This document shows, one piece after another, positions 25,352-41,100 of a stretch of 64,000 nt of DNA; the stretch's first letter is position 1; every line of letters begins with the position of its first letter. Under the pieces are notes generated by a model that did no database searches, was not told where the DNA came from, and saw only the letters and a list, made by a program, of their open reading frames with translations. The stretch comes from Ascidiella aspersa (lineage: Eukaryota). The DNA lies in contig OZ004610.1 in the NCBI GenBank assembly GCA_963924565.1, positions 10,230,001-10,294,000 of the forward strand, given 5' to 3'. The position numbers and the translations under genes were made by a program.

Positions 25352-26126
25352 GCATCACACGTTCGCTGTTAGCGCTCAAGTGTCGCCATGTTAACAACAC
25401 GTGACTGCAGGGTATAAGCAATTTGAATTCTACTCGTTAAACAGCTGCACTTCGGTCTGTTTGCCACAGCGTGACAACAACACATGTGGGAGATTGCGTA
25501 CCGGGATTTGTATTTAGTAATATACGGACATACAATTTATAATCAAGTTTAAACAAGCAGTTAAAATACACATCGTGCGCGGATAAAAGAGAATAACTTT
25601 GTAATGTCGCCTAAATTTGTCACCACCCACTTAATCAGTTGGAAAACCACCGTCTTCTATTTTCTGTAATGCGATCTAAGCGGCGTCATAGCATATAGGC
25701 TAAATATATCGACTTTACGATTGCTATAGTATAGTCGTTTTATTTTAATCACTGACATACATCAATAGGAAGCGCATAGTTATTATACATATAATTATTT
25801 ATGCGAATACAACACAAACAAAAGCACAGTACTGAGTCGATGTAACATACGGTACAAAGCCCGTTCAACGTCAAGGCTGTGCGTTCTAGTAAACACAGCT
25901 TTAGGCATGCATATAGAGACAATTTTCTCGGCATGTTTGCTCCTGTTTATATTTTATATACAATAAGTTTGCTAGAATTCCGTTTGCATGTACGGTGGTT
26001 TTGTTTCATAACATGGTTACATAAACTTATAGTTATGCAATAATGTTTAAGCACATGAGATGGTAAGCACTATACGCCACTGTTAGCAATGCTTAAGACA
26101 GAGCACCCTTTTGGCCGTTGCTTGTG

Positions 26127-29100
26127 TTAGAAGTTTTCGAAGTGGTGAAGAAAAGAGGCGCCCTCGTATTTGTTCAACAGGGAACACGCCTTTCCCACAG
26201 AGTTTGTCATCGGCGGTGGACCGCAGCTGAATACTCCAAATTTATCGACCTACAAATCGTTAAACGTAAATAGTCTGTCGTCGGTGGAAACATTACGGTA
26301 GTCGTCGCAGTTAAATGAGTCACTTGCCTTATTGAATCTTTACTCAACTACCTTGTAAAACGTTTTTCCTTTGGTGTCTAATTTAAATAAATTGGTAGTA
26401 AATCAGCGTTATTCAGGTATAGCGGTCAACAGCTCGCATTTCGCCAAAATTTTAATTTGAAATAGATATGTTGAAAAAGTTAAAATACATAGATAACTTT
26501 GGTTTGAAACCTACCGTCGTGTGTTCGTCGGATAATGATGCCAAAAATGACTTGAAATCCGGTCGTCCAAAATGCGTGACAGCTCGCAGACCTGTGAAAA
26601 GCGACTTTCCCGCCACCTTCTGGAAGTGCCGCTCGCAAATGTACTGAAATGCAAGCAAAAAGTTAATGGCCGCTTCTTGTATGTAAAGTAGTCTCCTAAC
26701 AATTTTTGCGTAATTATATCTATCTGTACGGCGATATTTTAATCGGAAAAACAGTCTCTATGGTTACCTATCAGACGTTGAATTGTTCTAACTTTGTATG
26801 TTACGAGAAACGAAAACTTGCAGTAAGTAATATTTAGGCTTCGAACCCGTTATTATCAAATCAGAGTCGATGACTGGTGGTCAAATATAGGTACTAGTCC
26901 AATACTCGGTGATATTTGTACCAATCAACAAGTTTTGGCCATATTTCTCAAAAATATATGACAAAGATAGAAATATGGCAACTGCTACTATCACTAAACG
27001 TCTGAACCCTAAAGAAAAATATGACTGAGTGACATACTTGTGGTATCTTTGCACGCTTTATGTTAACTTATTTTGATTATGATTATAATAATGAGGAAAT
27101 GTGCATAGGATCAGAAGTACGTTTTGCCCATATGGGGTTCGGGTATCGCTATAGCAAAATAACGAAGTGTGGAGTAATTCTACTTACGAGCATCGTGGTT
27201 CGGAAGTCAAACTTTTGCGGGAATTGAGTGATAAAGATGTGAGTGTCCAGAAGTCCCACGCGATCTTTTCCCTCCACCTCTTGGATTATGTCGGTTAGCC
27301 ACTCGTACTGCTTTTGGTCCCTGGTAATCCAAATGAAGTACACCTGAAAAGGAAAAATCCCTTGATATCATTTAGTTTACCTTTGTTATTTTGTACTATA
27401 CGATGATGCATACGCAGATCCTGGTTTGGTCGTAAACCGCAACTTTAAAAAGATGAAACACTGCGTTGGATATCGTTTAGATGCAAAAATAATTTGGGTA
27501 ACTTCGATTCGATAATTTTGGAAGTCCGTGTAGTTAACTATATAATCTAAACTTAAAGGTTTTAAAGGGTAATAGGGTATGTTTGTGCAGACCTATATCA
27601 TAAGCGATGTGTAACAAATTTGTAAAGATTGTTTATAAGTTTGATTTTCAACTATAGCTATTTCAACCCATCAGGTGGTGTACAGACGAAATCTTCTTAT
27701 TATACAAAAAATTCTGATGAAGGCACTTTCGACACCTTTTTGCACTGTATCTTGACGCCCGACTCGGCCATGTTAATGAGATCTTTGAGGATGGCGGCGA
27801 ATGGCGTCACTCCAATTCCTCCGCCCACCAACACTGACACGTCGTACTTATACCAGTCCTGGTGCCCTTCACCGAACGGACCGTCCAGATAAATCTACAC
27901 AAACGCATACGTTTTCGTATGTTTACAAATAATTTCAGAAGAAAAAAAAACGTTCCATTTGGTATAGTATTACTAAATAGTTTTATTAATTTCCCAAGCT
28001 TGGATTACGCATAACAAAACATCTTAAACGTGTGGTTGACGACGCTAAGACACTTATGCAGTACTTCAAGCAACAATAAGTTGTTAAATCAATGCATTTC
28101 TAAAAGGTCAACATTTTGTTAAAAAAATATATTTTTAGGTCACAAATTATTCGCCCTAATGATAACAAATACAGTGCACCAATGTCCGAGTTAGTGTTCA
28201 ATTTTTGCCTTTTTTATTTTATTTTCTAATTTTTGCGTTGTTTTGGGAAATGTCCCGTTACATTGCTGTTGCCATTACTTAATACTATGAGTACCCTTCC
28301 TATGAGGCCTTTATCGTGAATTGCCTAATGGAGTATCAGGAATAAATGCACAACGCCAATACGTAATAATAAATCAGGCTTTTCAGTCAACAAACTGGCG
28401 CATTTATACAGGTGGTCTTTTAATCTTCCGATATGTGCCTTTTTGGTGATTCGCAATCTGTATAGTCAGTCTCAAAGATATACCTTAGGGTAGGGCGAGT
28501 CACGTAGCACATCGGGGTTGTAAATGTTGCGTAGATTAATGGTCCAAGGTCCGACGGCACGAATGTGAAGCTTCAAGTTTTCGTCTTGGGGTGCTGAGGT
28601 CAGAGTGAAAGGGTGGTATTCGTTGGGCGATTGGGCGAGGCACGCGATTCTTACCTATAGGACATATTACAATGACTGGCTTTTAAAAATAACTTATTAA
28701 ATTTCTTAATTAGAAATAGCTGAACGGTTTGTATTTTTAAAGCAGACACATTGGCAAACCACGTACTTTTTGTAAAAACTATAGTACATTTCGATATAAA
28801 AACATCTACATCGTGCACAGTTAGCGTTGGGTACTTATAGTATAACTTTATAACTTTTCTTTTATCATTGGTGTTTTTCCGGTAGAAATTTACACAATAT
28901 ATTTCTGGCTATGGCATAGAGATTATTTCTAGTTCATGCCTAATATTGTACCCATTGTCCAGCTCGGTAGTCAAAATTAGCAGGGCGTTTGAATTCCAAG
29001 TAAGTGACTTCGGAAGGCAGAAGCTCAGCTTTCACCACAGAAATCTCGTTTTTGCTCCGGCTCAAACTGTAGAGCTTATCCAAAGTGTAGAGGACCGCTG

Positions 29101-32100
29101 GACCCAGGAAAAAGTAGTAGAAGAAAGGATCCTTAATGTAGAATTTGACTCATTATTATGAATGCGAAATAGTATAATACAAATTAAGTAACCGTTGCAA
29201 AGTTTATAAGATTCCATGAATTTGCGATGCCTTAACGGAGAGCTACCTGAATTTGTTTTTTTATTGACAATTGATGGCACCGCAACAAGTAGCATTGTGA
29301 TCTGCATAAAGTTACCTGAACTAAGAAGCCAGCGCCATGTAGGACCATGAATGTGTACAAGAGAACAAATCCGAAGTTGTGGGTCCACCAGAACCACTTG
29401 AAGAGTAGACGACGGGAGTAGTCAGACGCGAAAGTGTACCTGCCACGGACAAAATAAAGTTAAATTAGCGTCTGTGGCGGACGTTTTTTCAGGCAGACTG
29501 CGTTGTCTTTCAAAACTAAAATGCACGTTTTTGTTTAACTTATTAATTTTTCTTGATAATGAATTGCAAAGCCAGAAAGGTCGATTAGATCGACATCATC
29601 TTGATTATTAAGACGTTTCGATACGAGCTTATATCACCTTCAGTTAATGTGTTAATAAGCTCGTATCGAAACGTCTTAATAATCAAGATGATGTCTCGAC
29701 CTTTTTGCCTTTGCATTATCAAGTTACATTACAGATCCATGCATAGTGTACCTAATTTGTCTTGGTCTTTTATTTATCTTGGTACGAAGAAGAAAGTGCG
29801 CAATTTATTTTTAGATGCATTTTGCGTATGCAAGGTAAGCTGCGTCCACACGTCTTGTGTTCCTTTGAGAGCAACTTACATGATAATTACGATGATCGTT
29901 AGAATGACGCCGGTGATGCCGGTGATGGTTTGCCAGCACCAGTAGTGGAACTTGGGCAGTTCGTCGCTAGTTCGCCAGTAGTCGCGGAACAGGCACATCA
30001 GGTCTCCCGGTGTTTGGGTCGAGATCGAGTAAATGTTCAACGAGTGGCCGATGATATGCATCGCTGTGGGAAAATGATTTCGTTGTCATTGGGCGTCGTA
30101 TTATTCCCGCGCAACATATGAAAGGTTAATGGCTGCTGGTGATGTCATTGATATTTTGTTCCGATACCTAATATTTTGGAAAAATCGTATCGCGACCCGA
30201 TACCATATGACGTAACGGCTTTGCTCCAACAAGAAAATACGTAAAATAGAAACACTCAAAGGCCTTTTCTAGGTCATTAGGACAACTTGCTTAAGGTTAG
30301 GAAATTTAGTTACCTTCAGATGTTAACCTTCTATAATTTTCAAAAAAATTACCATCTGAGTTTCAATAGCTGCGTTGGATCGCAAATCATGGCTGAAATT
30401 CCTGTGTTAATTTGGTATCGGATGGGCACCGATAGCACCCTACTATCGGACGAGTAGCGATACTTGGCATCGGTCATCGGCTCCGATTTAATATTATCAG
30501 ACATTCCTAGTGGCTGCCCCATAGTTTGGAGATCTGTATGCATGCAAGGCATTTTTCGTATATGATGCCGATTTTAAAGTATTTGTGGAAAGTTTAGCCC
30601 TACTATACGTGTTATTTGTGTCCAGTCGCTATCATTGACTAACTGTAAGCATGGTTAAGAGGCCTTATTAACATAGTTTATTGTTCTTTCGTCTTTTATG
30701 CCAGCTGATTGACAGCAATTAAAAAAAATTGTGTCGCTAAGTCTTAAAATTGACTGTCTAAAAACAACCTGACTAGTCTCTGTCATGAAATTAGATTGCA
30801 AAGGGAAGACACGGTATTGTATGTTAACACACAGGTCTGTTTTATGAGCTAATGAACTGATTGGCCGCCGACGACCGTCTCTCCCAAATCTCACCTGTAA
30901 AAGCGAGCGCAAGCCAGGCGATGATCCTGTGCATAGTGATTGCCGAGTCGAAAGGAATGTAGCGATGCAGGAAGGTCTCCCGGAGAGCGGTGATGGTATT
31001 CCGGCACATTGTGACCAGCAAACAGGAGTAGGTGAACATCATAGCCGACGCTGCACCCCGGGTGATCGACACACCGTAACCGGCGATGCGTCGCAAACCG
31101 GCGTGTTCGCGCTCGATGGAGTAATCTGGAAAGTGGTTTTACAACCAGAGCGTTTAACTCAGGGCAGCACAACGCGGGGTCGCCAGTAGGCCTTCGCCAA
31201 ATGCGTCACCAGAAGACCTACAAATTTCTTCATCTATACAAGTCTTACGACTATTGAAATGCAAATGTTCAACTTTATGCTAAACTCAAAATTTCCAACT
31301 ATATGTTGATTATTTCTTTAAAAAGAAGCAACAACGAAATTTGTTTTGTTTATCATTGTCAAATGTGAAGGATCGCGAAAAAAAGACTAATCATTTTTTT
31401 CTCTAGGATCACAGACTTAGACATATTGTGACCCCCGATTCACACAACCTTCAATTTTTTTGTGTGTGTGTTTTTGGTCACCTTTAGGAAAAAGATTTAT
31501 AGAAATGCGCGGGACAGAGTCGTACAGGCGTGTTTCAGTATTACTAAAGCCATGCAGTCAAATGCATGTTGCCGAATGGTTAGGTACAAAATTGATCGAT
31601 TGTAAGTTTACGCTTAAAAAATACAATTACTTATTTCATCTTATTATTTCAAAATAAGTCGTATTTCCAGCGTAATAGACTCAATCACTCACAGTAAGCT
31701 CGCTCGATGAAGATCCCTGCCAGCACAAGTAGGTAAAGAGTCAGCCAGAATATCTGCATTTTGTAGTTTTGGAAGTGCTTGGTAAAGGCGCGCAGTCTTT
31801 GCTGCAAGGCCCCCTTCTTTTCCTGGCTCTTGAATACTTTCACCTTGACACGGCTCACGTTCTTGTCTCGTCGCTTTGCCGGGGTAACGCTATAGTATGG
31901 TGTGAAATGTTGTTTTTTAACGCTCGTTGCATTCGTTTACAAACAATAACCAATGAATTGCAGTTCCAATTGTCTTATAAGTTATGCCTCCCTATGTCCT
32001 ATTTGTGATACCGTACAGGTCCAAAATAGACTGTGTATACCTTAAACATTCTTTGGAAAAGTAGGTTTTATATTTATACTGTGTACGCCTATGCATTGTT

Positions 32101-35100
32101 ACAATAGGCGTTAAGAATAAAACAAAATATGCATAAATTGCTACTTGCTAGGTTACTTATAGGACGAATTGCTACTATAAGCGAATAGGTGGGCAATTGA
32201 GTGGTTTGATATTTCTAAGGTAAAACAGTGAAGACAGCTATAAACGTGTATCTTGGTGGACAACAATCTCTCTCGGCGTACAACAGCATCGCAGTAGCTT
32301 CTTGTAAACTAAACATACTGTAAAATGTTAGTTTGAACTCGTACTTTCCAGAATAGAGCTTGAATGTCTTTCGGGCTCGGTTCATTCTGGTTTCACGAAC
32401 GGGGGCCGAGTGCAGTACAGTGTTTGATCTTTCGGCTTGGTTACCCCCCGCAGCACCTGATAAATAATCATATTGTAGTGAAACTTATTTTGCTGTGATT
32501 TATTGTGTTGAGGTTTGTACAATACGCAAAACCAAAACAAATCATAATAAGGTAAATACAGACAGAAGCCAAATGTTGTTTATCAAACACCATGCATTTA
32601 AACGACACCCGCATTGTTTCACGCTGGTTTGCATTCCGTCTCTTGTGTAAAGCAAAACAGTACAGGGCGAGGAGTAATACAGGGCGAGGCAGGCAGAACG
32701 GAAACACAGACGACTAATAACCAACACCAAACACAATATAATATCCCTAATAAAAACAATACACGGAAACCCTTTTACCAACACAGCAAGCAATAGGTTT
32801 ACCTTTTCCAGGTGTTTTCACTCTGAAAGCTATAATTAAATTACGAAATTAGTTGTTTTCGTTTCTACGTGAAAATAAGACTATTTTCGCCACGTTAGGT
32901 CTGTTATATATTAACTTGTCCTTGAAATGTATTTGAAACGAAACCACAATACGTAAATGTCGGAACACAAATTGGTAGTAATATAATCAAGCTGTAGGCT
33001 ATCTATGGAACATAATTGGGAAACAGATATCAGCACGATTTCCGGTATTAATAATTAATTGACTGTTTATAATATTAAACCTATAACAGTTTTTATTGTA
33101 TTTTGTCCCACAATTCAAGTTTTTCTTAGTGCTTTGTTTGTCTTCGGCTATAGTGTTGCCAAGATACACGTCGCATAGTCAAAACTACTTTGCTTTGCTT
33201 ATAATAGTTCCAGTATGTTGCTGATTCGTGTAACAATATCTATCGAGGTAAACATCCTCCAACGGCATACATAATGATAAAGAACAATAGAATAGAAATA
33301 CCAACATATCAACTACACGAACTATATTGTGAGTCCGTCAATAGAAAACCTTTACCTGGCAGTTGAAGAGAAGAGTCACTCAATTCGCTTGAGTAATTCT
33401 GCATGAGTTTCTTGAAGTCACTCAAAGTAAGAGATTTCTTATTTCCCACACTATTCATCATCGTGTCCACAAGTTCGTCTATCTGCTCCTTTTCGATGCT
33501 CGCGTTTACCATGTCCATCATTGACCTGTGCGTTTCATTTAAGTTAAAGAATTACAGTGTTTTGGCAATTTTTTATATATATTTGTTTTATTACAAACGC
33601 GTGATACGCGAACTTAACTGCTCTTTCAGCTTTACGTTTATTTAAAAAAAAACGTAAAAATGTCTTGTTATAATGGGCTGCATTGAATTGTATTATCGAA
33701 TAAAAATATAACTTGACATTTTTAAGCAATTCTTGTAGCAGTTACCTCAGCATTATCTTAAATTCGTTGGTGGAAAGTTCTCCGCTCTTATCCAGGTCGT
33801 ACATGTCGAACATCAACTTGGCTTTGTCATCGGGTGATCCTGTTAATAATTATAGCGACATTTGACAAAACACAACGTCTTGAATTGCGTATATTTTTCT
33901 CCACGGGTCACATTTGTTTCGAATGTGTTGATTAGATAAAAGTAACATAAGTTTCTTGTTTTGATTCTCTGTTTTCGCCGATGTTATGTTTTTAAGATAT
34001 TACGAATTTTGGTCCAAAGATAGAGTATCATAAAGGTTTTGAGCCTTGATATTTCCAATTGTGCCTAAAGACGCTAGTCGCTAGGGTCAGTTTTGGTTGC
34101 CACAATAAAGGACAGTATTTCTGCCTTTCGGAATTCTTGAATTGTTCATTGATTGACGATTTGATATTTAAATGTGTATACCAACGCTTACCTTTGGTGA
34201 ATAGCACCATGATGTCCAGAAACTCCCTAAAGGAGATTGCTCCGCTCTTGTCGTTGTCGGCGATGCTAAACATCTGTTCGACGAACATGCTCTCCGGCTT
34301 TAGCTTGAGATAGTCGGCGAATTCGGCCTTGCTCAGCTCGACGTGAATAAACTTGCGTGCCTCTTTCGAGTTGACGGTGGATGACATGTCCTCCGATTCC
34401 AGACGCACCGACTGCGATTGATTAAATAGGGCTGGCGTAATAGCGTCAACCTTTTTAGAAATTACGAATTTTAAGGTACACGCGTTCTGTTTTGAGTTGC
34501 ATAACAACTACATGATGCACATGCGAAAGCTGGGCAAATAATAACTGATATAAAGTATTGCAATGTTATTTGTCGTCAAAAAATATGTTCATCCAACCTT
34601 GACTGTCATTACAAAGGAAAAGTCACTTTTCGATCACTAAAAACAGGAAGAAAACTTATATTCCTGTCCTTTCTATATTTATTTTGTTAAACAAATCCTA
34701 AAAAACAGCATTTGTACTCGGTTATCAATCGAGCCTTATTCTGGACGTAATTACCAAATACTTACAGTCGCCAAGGCTGAGGTGAAGAACTTCTTCAGCT
34801 GTTGGTCACGTTTCTGCTTGGTCTTGGCCTGTTCCATCAGCTGGGTGAAGCCAACCTCGTTGGTCTCGTGCGGAATTCCCTCCTCGACGAAGAGTCGAAG
34901 CGTCCTCATGATGAAGCTATCTCGTTCCTCTGGATCGTTGAAGTTCAGAACCTTGGCGAAACGTTGTTGTGTAAAAATTATCCCATACGCCTGATTGTGC
35001 CCAAACGTAGCTTTACCTGGATCGAACAAGTCGATTTGGGTCAAAAATAAGGACCGTGGCCGTTTCTCATGTGAAATAAATATCAAGTATAGAGATCACG

Positions 35101-38100
35101 TAGCTATGTGTTTTAGACCAACTTTTAAAAAATATTGCTCCCCACTACAAATGTAAAATGACGTTTTATTTCGTCCAAATAACTCGTCTAGTAGTTTTTT
35201 TACCAGGTCCTTTGCTTCTTGGTTTACTCTGATGTACATCGCAGTTCCGCCGCGGTTGTAGGCCTTGCAAACCTGCACACGTTCCGTCTGGGAAAGGTCA
35301 ATAGTTCTCAACGCTTTGCCGGTCACTGTTTTAACTTGAATCTTCTTCTCGCGAAGTTGAATCTGTAAGCAGGAAAAATATTTGTTGATTATACTTGCTT
35401 AATACACTGAAGTGGCGCCACAATCATAAGGTTGGACACGTTAAACCAGTGGTTCACTATATGTTGGGTTCGTAATGTAGTTTCATGAAACTGCGAAAGA
35501 AAAGTTTATTTAGACATGAACTAAACCAATCCAAATAGTTTCACCTAATTAACTTTACTATACCAATATTATAATATGAGTACATGGAACACTAAAAAGA
35601 GAACCCCTATGCCATTCATTTTAAAAGGTAAAACACTATGTTAAATAAAGGGCAAATAAAAACATAAAGCTTCGTAACTTTGATGTTTGCTTTATATTGT
35701 GTTTGCAACAACTCCGCGGCTAACTATGTGGCAACAGCAACAGCACCTCTCTCAAGACAAAGGCGTTTAACCTGAACTTCATGCGACGAATTTGGTCCCA
35801 GAATTTCGTTGGCGATGTCGCTGTCATCCCCAATATTTTGCCTCCTCTTGGTTGTGTTTGCAGCTCGCTTTTTCACTTCTACGCGATGTTTCTCGGCGCC
35901 CTTACCGAGGAACAGCAGGAAGAGAAGGGTCGCTGGAAACACAAAGCTTGACGTTTAAACTGTCGTTTAAATATAGATTGAAATAACAATCGCTTGAACA
36001 ACGAAGTGATATAACTTATTTTCAAGCAATTTTTGGTCACTACTAATTTAAAGAGCACAGTCATCACAGGGCTACCACAAAGTCTTTGAGTTGATTTACG
36101 TATTAAAAAGTCTTTGAAAAACACTTTGTTTTTTTTCAAAAGTCCTTGAATTTATTTTATGTCCAGCTTAAGTTATGTGTTTTACAATTGCTTTAAAAAG
36201 CAATTAAAAAATGTTTTGCAACAAATAATTCTACCTAAAGCCTTTGATTTATATTCCTAGCACACAAATCATATAATTTGGATAAAAAATTATTGCAATT
36301 TTATGGTGAAAACGAGCGGCATTTTATTCCCAAGATGTAGTTTAAAAATGCATAAGGCCTACCAATGACGAACAGGCCAATTGCGGCGAAGGTGAACGCG
36401 TAGGAATACTCGCTGCCGCTAAAGTAGTCAAATGTTTGAGGTTCCGTGCATTCCTCCATCTGTGTCTCATTCAGTTGGAACGGTTGGGGACATCTTACGT
36501 AATTGTCGCTAGCATCTGCAAAATACACTCGTGTTAACATGCGTTTTTAGGAATTTTTCAAACTATTTGTTGCAAAAGATTGCCTCTGACAACTCGCTAT
36601 CCAGAGAGGGATTAATTGTAATTTATGTAATTAATTACATGTTTTATTGTAATTGTAATGTAATTGAAGAATTTTAATTCTGTGTAATTCAAATTGTAAT
36701 TGTAATTTGCTAAAATTTTGGCTCAATGCATTGATGCCACAAAAAATTGAAGTTTCAATGCCGAAAATTGTAGTTGATGTAATTAATTACAGTTTTTAGT
36801 ATAATTGAAACATTTAAGGGAGTAATTGTAATTGTTATTGAACTTCGAATTTTACTTGTATTAAATGTTATTTTTGTCGACTTACTGCCCAAAAAGGGGT
36901 TCGGCTGAATGTCATATTCGTCCATGGTTGGATTCGTCCGCAGAATAACATCATAAATTGTTGTGTTGTGTATAAATTCAAGCTGGGCAGCGTTGAAAAG
37001 TCTACATGACCCAAAACTCAAGTTAAACCCTTTGGCATGTCTCACTATACTACTATAGTATATACCGTAGTAATTTAACAAATAAACTGGTCCAATTAAC
37101 AAAACTAGCAGTCTCACACGCGTTTATGTACATTTAATAGTCGAACAAAATCAGGAGTCAATTTGTTTTCGCCCCGATTAAGGCGTAAACTGTACTTAAG
37201 CAATTTGTATTTGTTTCCCTTATTTTTGCCTCAACGTCTTCTATGTTATGTCTGACGTAACGTTTTGATATTATCGAAACATTCATAGTGCTCCGATAAT
37301 ATTGTTTTTCTAACATAAAACTGTCTTACCCGTTTTGCGTGTTTTCAAACCAGAAGCGATCGCCGTCCCTTATCCTGGCGAACTGGTCACGAATGACCTC
37401 GCGAAAGAGTTCCCCAGGTCCACTGTCGGTGGTTTCCAGTAGACCCCCTGTCCACACGTCAATTTTGCTGATGTCGTTGTTGTGAACAGCTTTAAGGTTA
37501 TCTAGCAACTAAAGCGACAAGCATACGTTTTGTTTCTTCCATTGGACAACTTGACTTTACTGTATGGATATAATTTGCCCTTTTTCCGTGCTTTTTAAAA
37601 ACAATTTTTTTATTTCCCGCTGAGGCTTACGGTTGCTTAATTTCGATACATAAACTAGGTTCTGATTATATTTTATCGGAGGAACAATATGAAGTCTGTT
37701 TGCATTTTGTCACAATACATATGTATATATATATATATTTAACTCTTGAACCTTGGGACTATTACCTCAGGTTTTCGATCGAAAAGTGCTGGGTTGATGT
37801 CATAAAAGTTTGTCCTTGCTTCGAATCCGTAACTTACTCTTGCCGTGTTGTAATCTGGTAAGCCATGGTCACGTCCTCTCTAAAACGCGCATAATACTGG
37901 AACCTTATTTTTTACGGTATTTTTTGTTGTTTTAAAACAAGCTAAAAATATATTTCAACTCATGAACCTTTATTTACCACAGGTGTACACAAAAATCATA
38001 TTTTATTTAACGAAACAAGACAAAAATAGTACTGATGCCCTCGCGTCATATTTTCTGTTCAGTATTTTTTCGACAACTTTTAGAAAATACTAAAACATTA

Positions 38101-41100
38101 TTCTTTATCAAAATATGGATAACCAATATAGGCTTACCTGAATATTTAAAGCCATCAGGTCTCTGCGCGAAAACTCAAGAAGGCCGAACACTGATCCCCT
38201 GAGATCCGGAGTAATAATATTGTCTTCTCTCTCGGCAATCTGACTTGCCATTCCCATCAGTAGCTTATCGGTGTCAGATTCACTTACCGCTTCCTGTTGT
38301 ACAACCATTATTATTAGAGATTTTAACCTTTCAGTTTAAAGTTTAAAAAACAATTCTATCACGGTTTAGAAAGCGAACATCTACTATATACGTACGGTAT
38401 AGGCTTATTCGATGCGAATTTCCAGTTTGAAAATAAAAGTCACAAACTCACAAACCACAGTTGTGTTCAGTGTTTTATATTTAAAAAGGTTTTGTTGGTT
38501 TACTATACAGTGTAGCTGAGTGGCATTTTGGTCGATCTTGTTTCAAGAGCTAAAGTTACTTAAATATACCAACAACTAACCACAGAGTTCCAGTAGGTGT
38601 TGCAGGTCCTCAGGCCAGGTTTTCCAACATGCAGCGCCTGAAAGTCGTGCCTGTCTCCTGCTGTCTTTAAAGTTGTAGCAAAAAAATCACAATCTCCTGA
38701 CGTGCTGCATAATCGTTTAGAAGTTGTAAAAAATGACTGGGCCAAAGGCGTAGTTTATTCTAGGAAAATAACTTATAAAGCATTTTTGCTTTGTTCTCTG
38801 GTATGGAATGTCCTGACTTCAGAATAAAATGAAACTCTATAAATCTATACGCAATATTGTGTTATATGAAGCTGTGACTTACTGATTGAACTTTGAACGA
38901 CGGAACACACCGGGAGGCACCAGGGTGTGACCGATACGCATGGCCGCAGATTGAAAGATGTGGGTGATTCCGGGATGGATCGCAGATTTGTAACCTACGA
39001 TATAAGATGCACGATAGTGCAGTGTAAGGTTCCATTTTATGATTTATATATTACAGACTAATCTAGAATGACGTTCTTTAGAATAGCATGGTATATGCAC
39101 AGCAACTTAAGTGTTCGAATTTGGGAGTACTTTTTTTGCAGGGTCAGTTTTCGGTATCGTTACAATTTCAAAATTGTCACTTTTTGTTTTATTTCGCTTT
39201 TCTGTTACCGCTGCTAATTGTTACTGATGGGTTGTAGCTTACCGTCGTATGGTGGCATCGTAGTGCACTTTTTCGAAGTGTCAGTCGCATTGCATTCGCC
39301 CAGAAACACAGGCAGCCAATCGTAGAGGACTATTTTCTAAAATGAAAATTTTTTGATGTAATGTAATTGGTAATATATATCAAGCATTTATTAAATTTAC
39401 AACATGCGGAGAAACAGACTAAAAGTTACTGGTAATACTTTCAGCATATTGTTAACAATATGCGGCTTTGGATGATTAACCCGTCTTCTGATAAAAAGGT
39501 ATAAATCTTATTTAATAGCTTATTTACTTGATGAGTGGCGATGTTTAGAATTCTCGCTTCATTGTAAACCTTTTCGTCAGACCAATCAGCATGTTGGTCT
39601 CGCAACATTCTAGCCAACCAGTTGTGGTAGCGGAACCACATCACACCAAAGGTTAGGAGAAAGGGATTCTCATTTCCTCTTGGATTTCCGAGTCCTGCAA
39701 ATATAAATAACAAGGAAATCAAACATAATGCCTTTTGTAACCGTAAATTCTTGGCTGCAATGTATTTTGAAAACATATTCAAAAACCCGTTCGTGAAGTA
39801 CAAATCGTTATAATAGTTTTGGTAAACTATAAAAAAATACAGCTAAAAAGGTACAGTATACAGTAATGAATATCAACAACAAAAACCAGATATATAACTA
39901 ATTACAGTTCGTTATACCTTTGAAATGTCGTGAAATAGATAATACAAATTCACGGTTTTAGTCAAATGCAAATCTAAATCGACACACTCACGGTAAAAAC
40001 GCGTGGCGCTTTTTAACACGTGATCACGCGGTGGTGGGGGATTAGCCAAAGGAAGACCGATGCTGTTTTCGATCGGGTACATCCCCTTGTCTTCGACAGA
40101 TGCCAGCTCACCTCTGCAGTCGGTGGGATCGCCCTGTTTCATAGAACATTAGAGTCATGAAGTTAATTTTTACAGTGAACCATATAGGCTATTCGATGTA
40201 CGCCATCTTACGACAGTACAACACACTAGATTTGTGTTATTAATATGTAAAAATATCTTAAAGTTTTTTATTTGTTTTCTTTGTGCCCCTGTTACCTTTC
40301 TAACCAATTAGTTACGCTACACATGCATGCGTTTCTTTGTACATTTTCGAGATGTTTATAAAATATAAAAACTATCACATAACTGTTATCTGCAAAGCAC
40401 AATAATAAACTTAATTCAGCTGAAAGACTTAGACACGTGGAACTAAGTATCGAGTGTAACCCAATATTTTCGGACATTCCCAGTTTTTGGGCCAATAGAG
40501 TACCGTGCTTCCCAGAATGTTGCTCCCGTTTGTTCGTTCAGGACAACTGCTGTGATGTAGTCGGAGTGCATCGGCCCAGGCTTTGGCCACTCCGTACGTT
40601 AAGCCTCCGTCAATAAAGGCTGTGATTTCGTTTAACTGAAAACCAAGAATGTTGTTAAACTTAAGCCGTTAATTGTAAATGGTGAAAAACGTAGAAGTTT
40701 ATAATATATTATGCGCTCAACAAATATTAAATTATTAACCCGAAAAACTTACTTCAGTTTACATTTTGCAATCGGGTAAATAGCTGTCAATTATCGAGAA
40801 ACTCCAATGCTGTTTGCGTTCTAATAACTTTTTCGACCAAGCTGTATTCAGAATAAGTTATATTTGTTTAGGTGCTGTGATACGATTCTTCCCGACGCTA
40901 TATTTAAGCGCTTGGCATTGTTAGGTACTTGAACGTTATTATGTTAAACTTTGAACCGATATGTTCGTTTTAGACATCATATCCGCTCCAATTGTTGGTT
41001 TAAACGAGACACATCCGCGTACGGCTCTCCAACGGTAAAACTATATAACAACGACTAAACGATATGAAATACCGTAAAGTGTACCTCCCCGTGTTTAAAG

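Noticed and set aside
32803-32822. Possible DUOX micro-exon (TTTCAG|AGTGAAAACACCTGGAAAAG|GTAAAC)
   Set aside because: Inserting these 20 nt after the phase-1 exon gives an immediate TGA. An 18-nt version needs a poor GAG acceptor. The flanking exons already join in frame. RNA-seq could still reveal a poison exon.
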